A stretch of 64,000 nucleotides of DNA. Source: an uncultured virus (IMG/VR IMGVR_UViG_3300034106_003048) (taxonomy: Duplodnaviria > Heunggongvirae > Uroviricota > Caudoviricetes). The stretch lies in the IMG/VR virus record IMGVR_UViG_3300034106_003048; one strand, written 5' to 3'. Numbering within the stretch: the stretch's first letter is position 1; each line of letters begins with the position of its first letter. The translations under genes were made by a program, and so were the position numbers. This document shows positions 62,025 through 64,000 of this stretch, one piece after another. The notes beneath the pieces were generated by a model, which was not told the DNA's origin, made no database searches, and worked only from the letters and a program-made list of their open reading frames with translations.

Positions 62025-63080
62025 AAAGGGGTTCTACAGCCTTACTGTAGATAGATATAACAGGCGTTGACTGAAGCTTGTAACCGTGTCATAGCGATAG
62101 GTAGTGTGATTACTACATTAATAGGCACGTGAGTTTCTTGCGATATGGGCAAATTTATCAATTGCTGATGTATTGCATTAAACAAGGAGGGAGTACAGGG
62201 TCTACAAATTGCCTGTACTCTCAGATTTTTTATGACGGGTGATGGCCAACATCAATAAAACAAAAGTGCAAGGCAGTAATCCTTGTCGCAACTAATAAGG
62301 CTAACCAATAATGCCTTATACATGTTCCCTTGCGAATTATCTGATTTGCAGGGGAACTTTAAAAATCTTCTCTTTGTGCTAACCCTTTTGGGTGAATAGT
62401 TGTAGGTACGTATTAAAATAACGTCCTATTGACCAGGTTGAAATAACCGTAGAATATCTATAACTAAGTGCGGAGAAAGTGAGTTTGTTTGGGCATTGTT
62501 CTCACTCTAATCTAGTGAATGCATCCTATCCAGTAAGTTACTGGCGTATCAGAGAAGATACAGTAATAAAAACTCAAATAATACATTGACTGTAAATAAC
62601 CGAGGGGGAGTCTTTGACCTTTGTACTCTATGCGGTTTACATGCAAGTAGAAATACTTGGGGGGGTTGTCGATGTTAAACAAAGTACTAATGCACCATTC
62701 TCACTTCCCAAGGGTGAGCAGTTGTAATAATGGTAAATATAGAATGTATCTATAAAATCTACGGACATTATTACAACTGAGTGCAGAGGGGTAAAACAAA
62801 CAACTAACGTTGCAGAAGAGCAATAGTAGAATAAGAACGTATGCTTATTTGAAAACAATCTGTTGTTTGTTATTTAAAAAACTCAATAACTTTCCAAGAT
62901 GTTGAGGACACCAGTTTCTTATTGACATAGTGATTTTAGCGGTCGTGCTATCAGTGTAAATCTGATAATGGAGCACATCAATTCCATGTAAAAACGTTAG
63001 ATATTGAACTAATGTATTGGATTACAGCTCTGCAAATCATGTAACTTAGAGTCTATGCAGCTAGCACAAATAAGCATAGA
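62025..63080 (+). ncRNA. Hairpin-rich non-coding region, candidate structured RNA(s)
   Basis: No credible ORF. Many inverted repeats, including a perfect 14-bp stem (62719-62732/62766-62779). Confidence 0.4.
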
Positions 63081-63142
63081 TGCTCATGCCGTTAAAGAAA
63101 TCAATAAGTTTTAGGTGTAAAACACAAATTAAAAAATTACCT

Positions 63143-63355
63143 ATGAAAATATTTGCAATAAACAAAAGGTTTTGGAATTCAAACCATGAAGGTTGGAAAC
63201 AATGGATTGAGTCTGAAATAATTTCTTATCATGCTACTGAAGAAGGAGCAAATGCTAAAATATCTTCTTTTGATGATAAAGATGAAGAAATTACAGATGA
63301 GTATGGCGATTTAAGTTCTGTTTACTTCATATCTTGTATTGAAGTAAAAGAATAA
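63143..63355 (+). CDS. Small acidic hypothetical protein (70 aa)
   Basis: Likely start ATG 63143 (MKIFAINKRFW) after an A-rich leader. Confidence 0.6.
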   Translation: MKIFAINKRFWNSNHEGWKQWIESEIISYHATEEGANAKISSFDDKDEEITDEYGDLSSVYFISCIEVKE

Positions 63356-63507
63356 AAGATGAAAGAAGAATAGAGTATTTCCGAAAACTGATTTAACGAG
63401 TAGGAAAAAGGGTAAGTCTTCTATTTTAGCGAAAATTGCACTGAGTAGCTAGGGTATATATATAAGAAAGTCAGGCATGCAGTGCTATGCATGTGGTTAA
63501 ATCATTA

Positions 63508-63552
63508 AAGGGAGTGACCTATAGGATCGTAGGTAGCCCTTTTGCTTTTTTT
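63508..63552 (+). terminator. Terminator-like hairpin before the tRNA-like element
   Basis: AAAGGG..ACCTAT / GTAGGT..CCCTTT followed by a T run. Confidence 0.45.
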
Positions 63553-63648
63553 GAGAGAGTGGCGAAATTGGTTGTGTCAATGGCGAACTAACTATGATTA
63601 TTCAAATGTTAGCGTACCATATTACAGGTTCGAATCCTGTCTCTCTCA
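63553..63648 (+). tRNA. tRNA-like element / pseudo-tRNA with non-canonical anticodon arm
   Basis: Acceptor stem GAGAGAG/CTCTCTC, D-loop-like TGGCGAAATTGGT, perfect T arm ACAGG-TTCGAAT-CCTGT. No canonical anticodon stem-loop. Confidence 0.6.
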
Positions 63649-63812
63649 CAAATCTATACGCATGGGTACTGGTGTGTAGTGCATAAAGACTGATCAACTT
63701 TATGTACACGTGTATCGCTTAGCATAAGGGCAACAAACAATGCAACAGTTTCTAATAACGTATAGCTAACGTGTTAGAACGGGACCTGAGCAAGTCTATA
63801 AACTGCTTATTT

Positions 63813-63885
63813 GGCCCTTTCGTCTAATGGTTAGGACAACAGGTTTTCATCCTGTAAATGGTGTGTTCGATTCATCCAGGGGCTA
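63813..63885 (+). tRNA. tRNA-Glu(TTC)
   Basis: Acceptor GGCCCTT/AGGGGCT, D arm GTCT/GGAC, anticodon arm ACAGG-TTTTCAT-CCTGT, T loop TTCGATT with a bulged T stem. CCA is not encoded. Confidence 0.85.
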
Positions 63886-63898
63886 CTAAATTAAAATT

Positions 63899-63970
63899 AT
63901 GAGTTACGTAATAGCTATTGCGATTGTTTTCATATTCGCAGCATGTATCGAGTCAAATAAAATAAACTAA
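63899..63970 (+). CDS. Possible hydrophobic micropeptide (23 aa)
   Basis: MSYVIAIAIVFIFAACIESNKIN after an A-rich leader. The next ATG at 63980 runs off the window. Confidence 0.3.
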   Translation: MSYVIAIAIVFIFAACIESNKIN

Positions 63971-64000
63971 ATAAATACTATGAAAAAGACAACTTATCAA

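Noticed and set aside
61295..62858. Several overlapping 68-126 aa ORFs on both strands
   Set aside because: Mutually overlapping, Cys/Phe-rich and implausible. The region reads as non-coding.
63378..63410. Hammerhead ribozyme (GAAA and CTGA nearby)
   Set aside because: The CUGAnGA core and three flanking stems cannot be assembled.
1..64000. Stop-codon reassignment as in some crAss-like phages
   Set aside because: Long genes are intact in code 11, TGA (40552, 47209) and TAG (60040) end genes at sensible places, and no suppressor tRNA is visible.

Overview
A 64 kb, AT-rich segment of a crAss-like (Crassvirales-type, podovirus-like) phage genome, probably infecting a Bacteroidota host (seven intergenic TTG-N19-20-TAnnTTTG promoters). 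Positions 1-60723 are a minus-strand late/structural module. In transcription order it holds: small genes including an ATE1/Bpt-like aminoacyl-transferase; terminase large subunit; portal; scaffold-like protein; major capsid protein; ring and auxiliary capsid proteins; Cys-rich tail proteins; a 1759-aa tail stabilisation (muzzle-type) protein; about 12 putative head cargo or basic proteins sharing short motifs; a 4618-aa virion RNA polymerase polyprotein (DFDIDK motif, zincin and NADAR domains); then a SLOG-like protein, an SF1 helicase and a large ORF that runs off the left edge. After a strand switch near 60.8 kb come one plus-strand gene, about 1.6 kb of hairpin-rich non-coding DNA, a tRNA-like element and tRNA-Glu. 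The strongest unexplained signal is in the four consecutive ejection-type proteins. They carry only 7 Cys in about 6,700 visible residues, and 6 of these sit at residue 3 or the penultimate residue. Each C-terminal Cys faces an N-terminal Cys in the next gene product, suggesting a head-to-tail cysteine-linked cargo chain. All family assignments come from motif recognition by eye and need HMM or structure confirmation.
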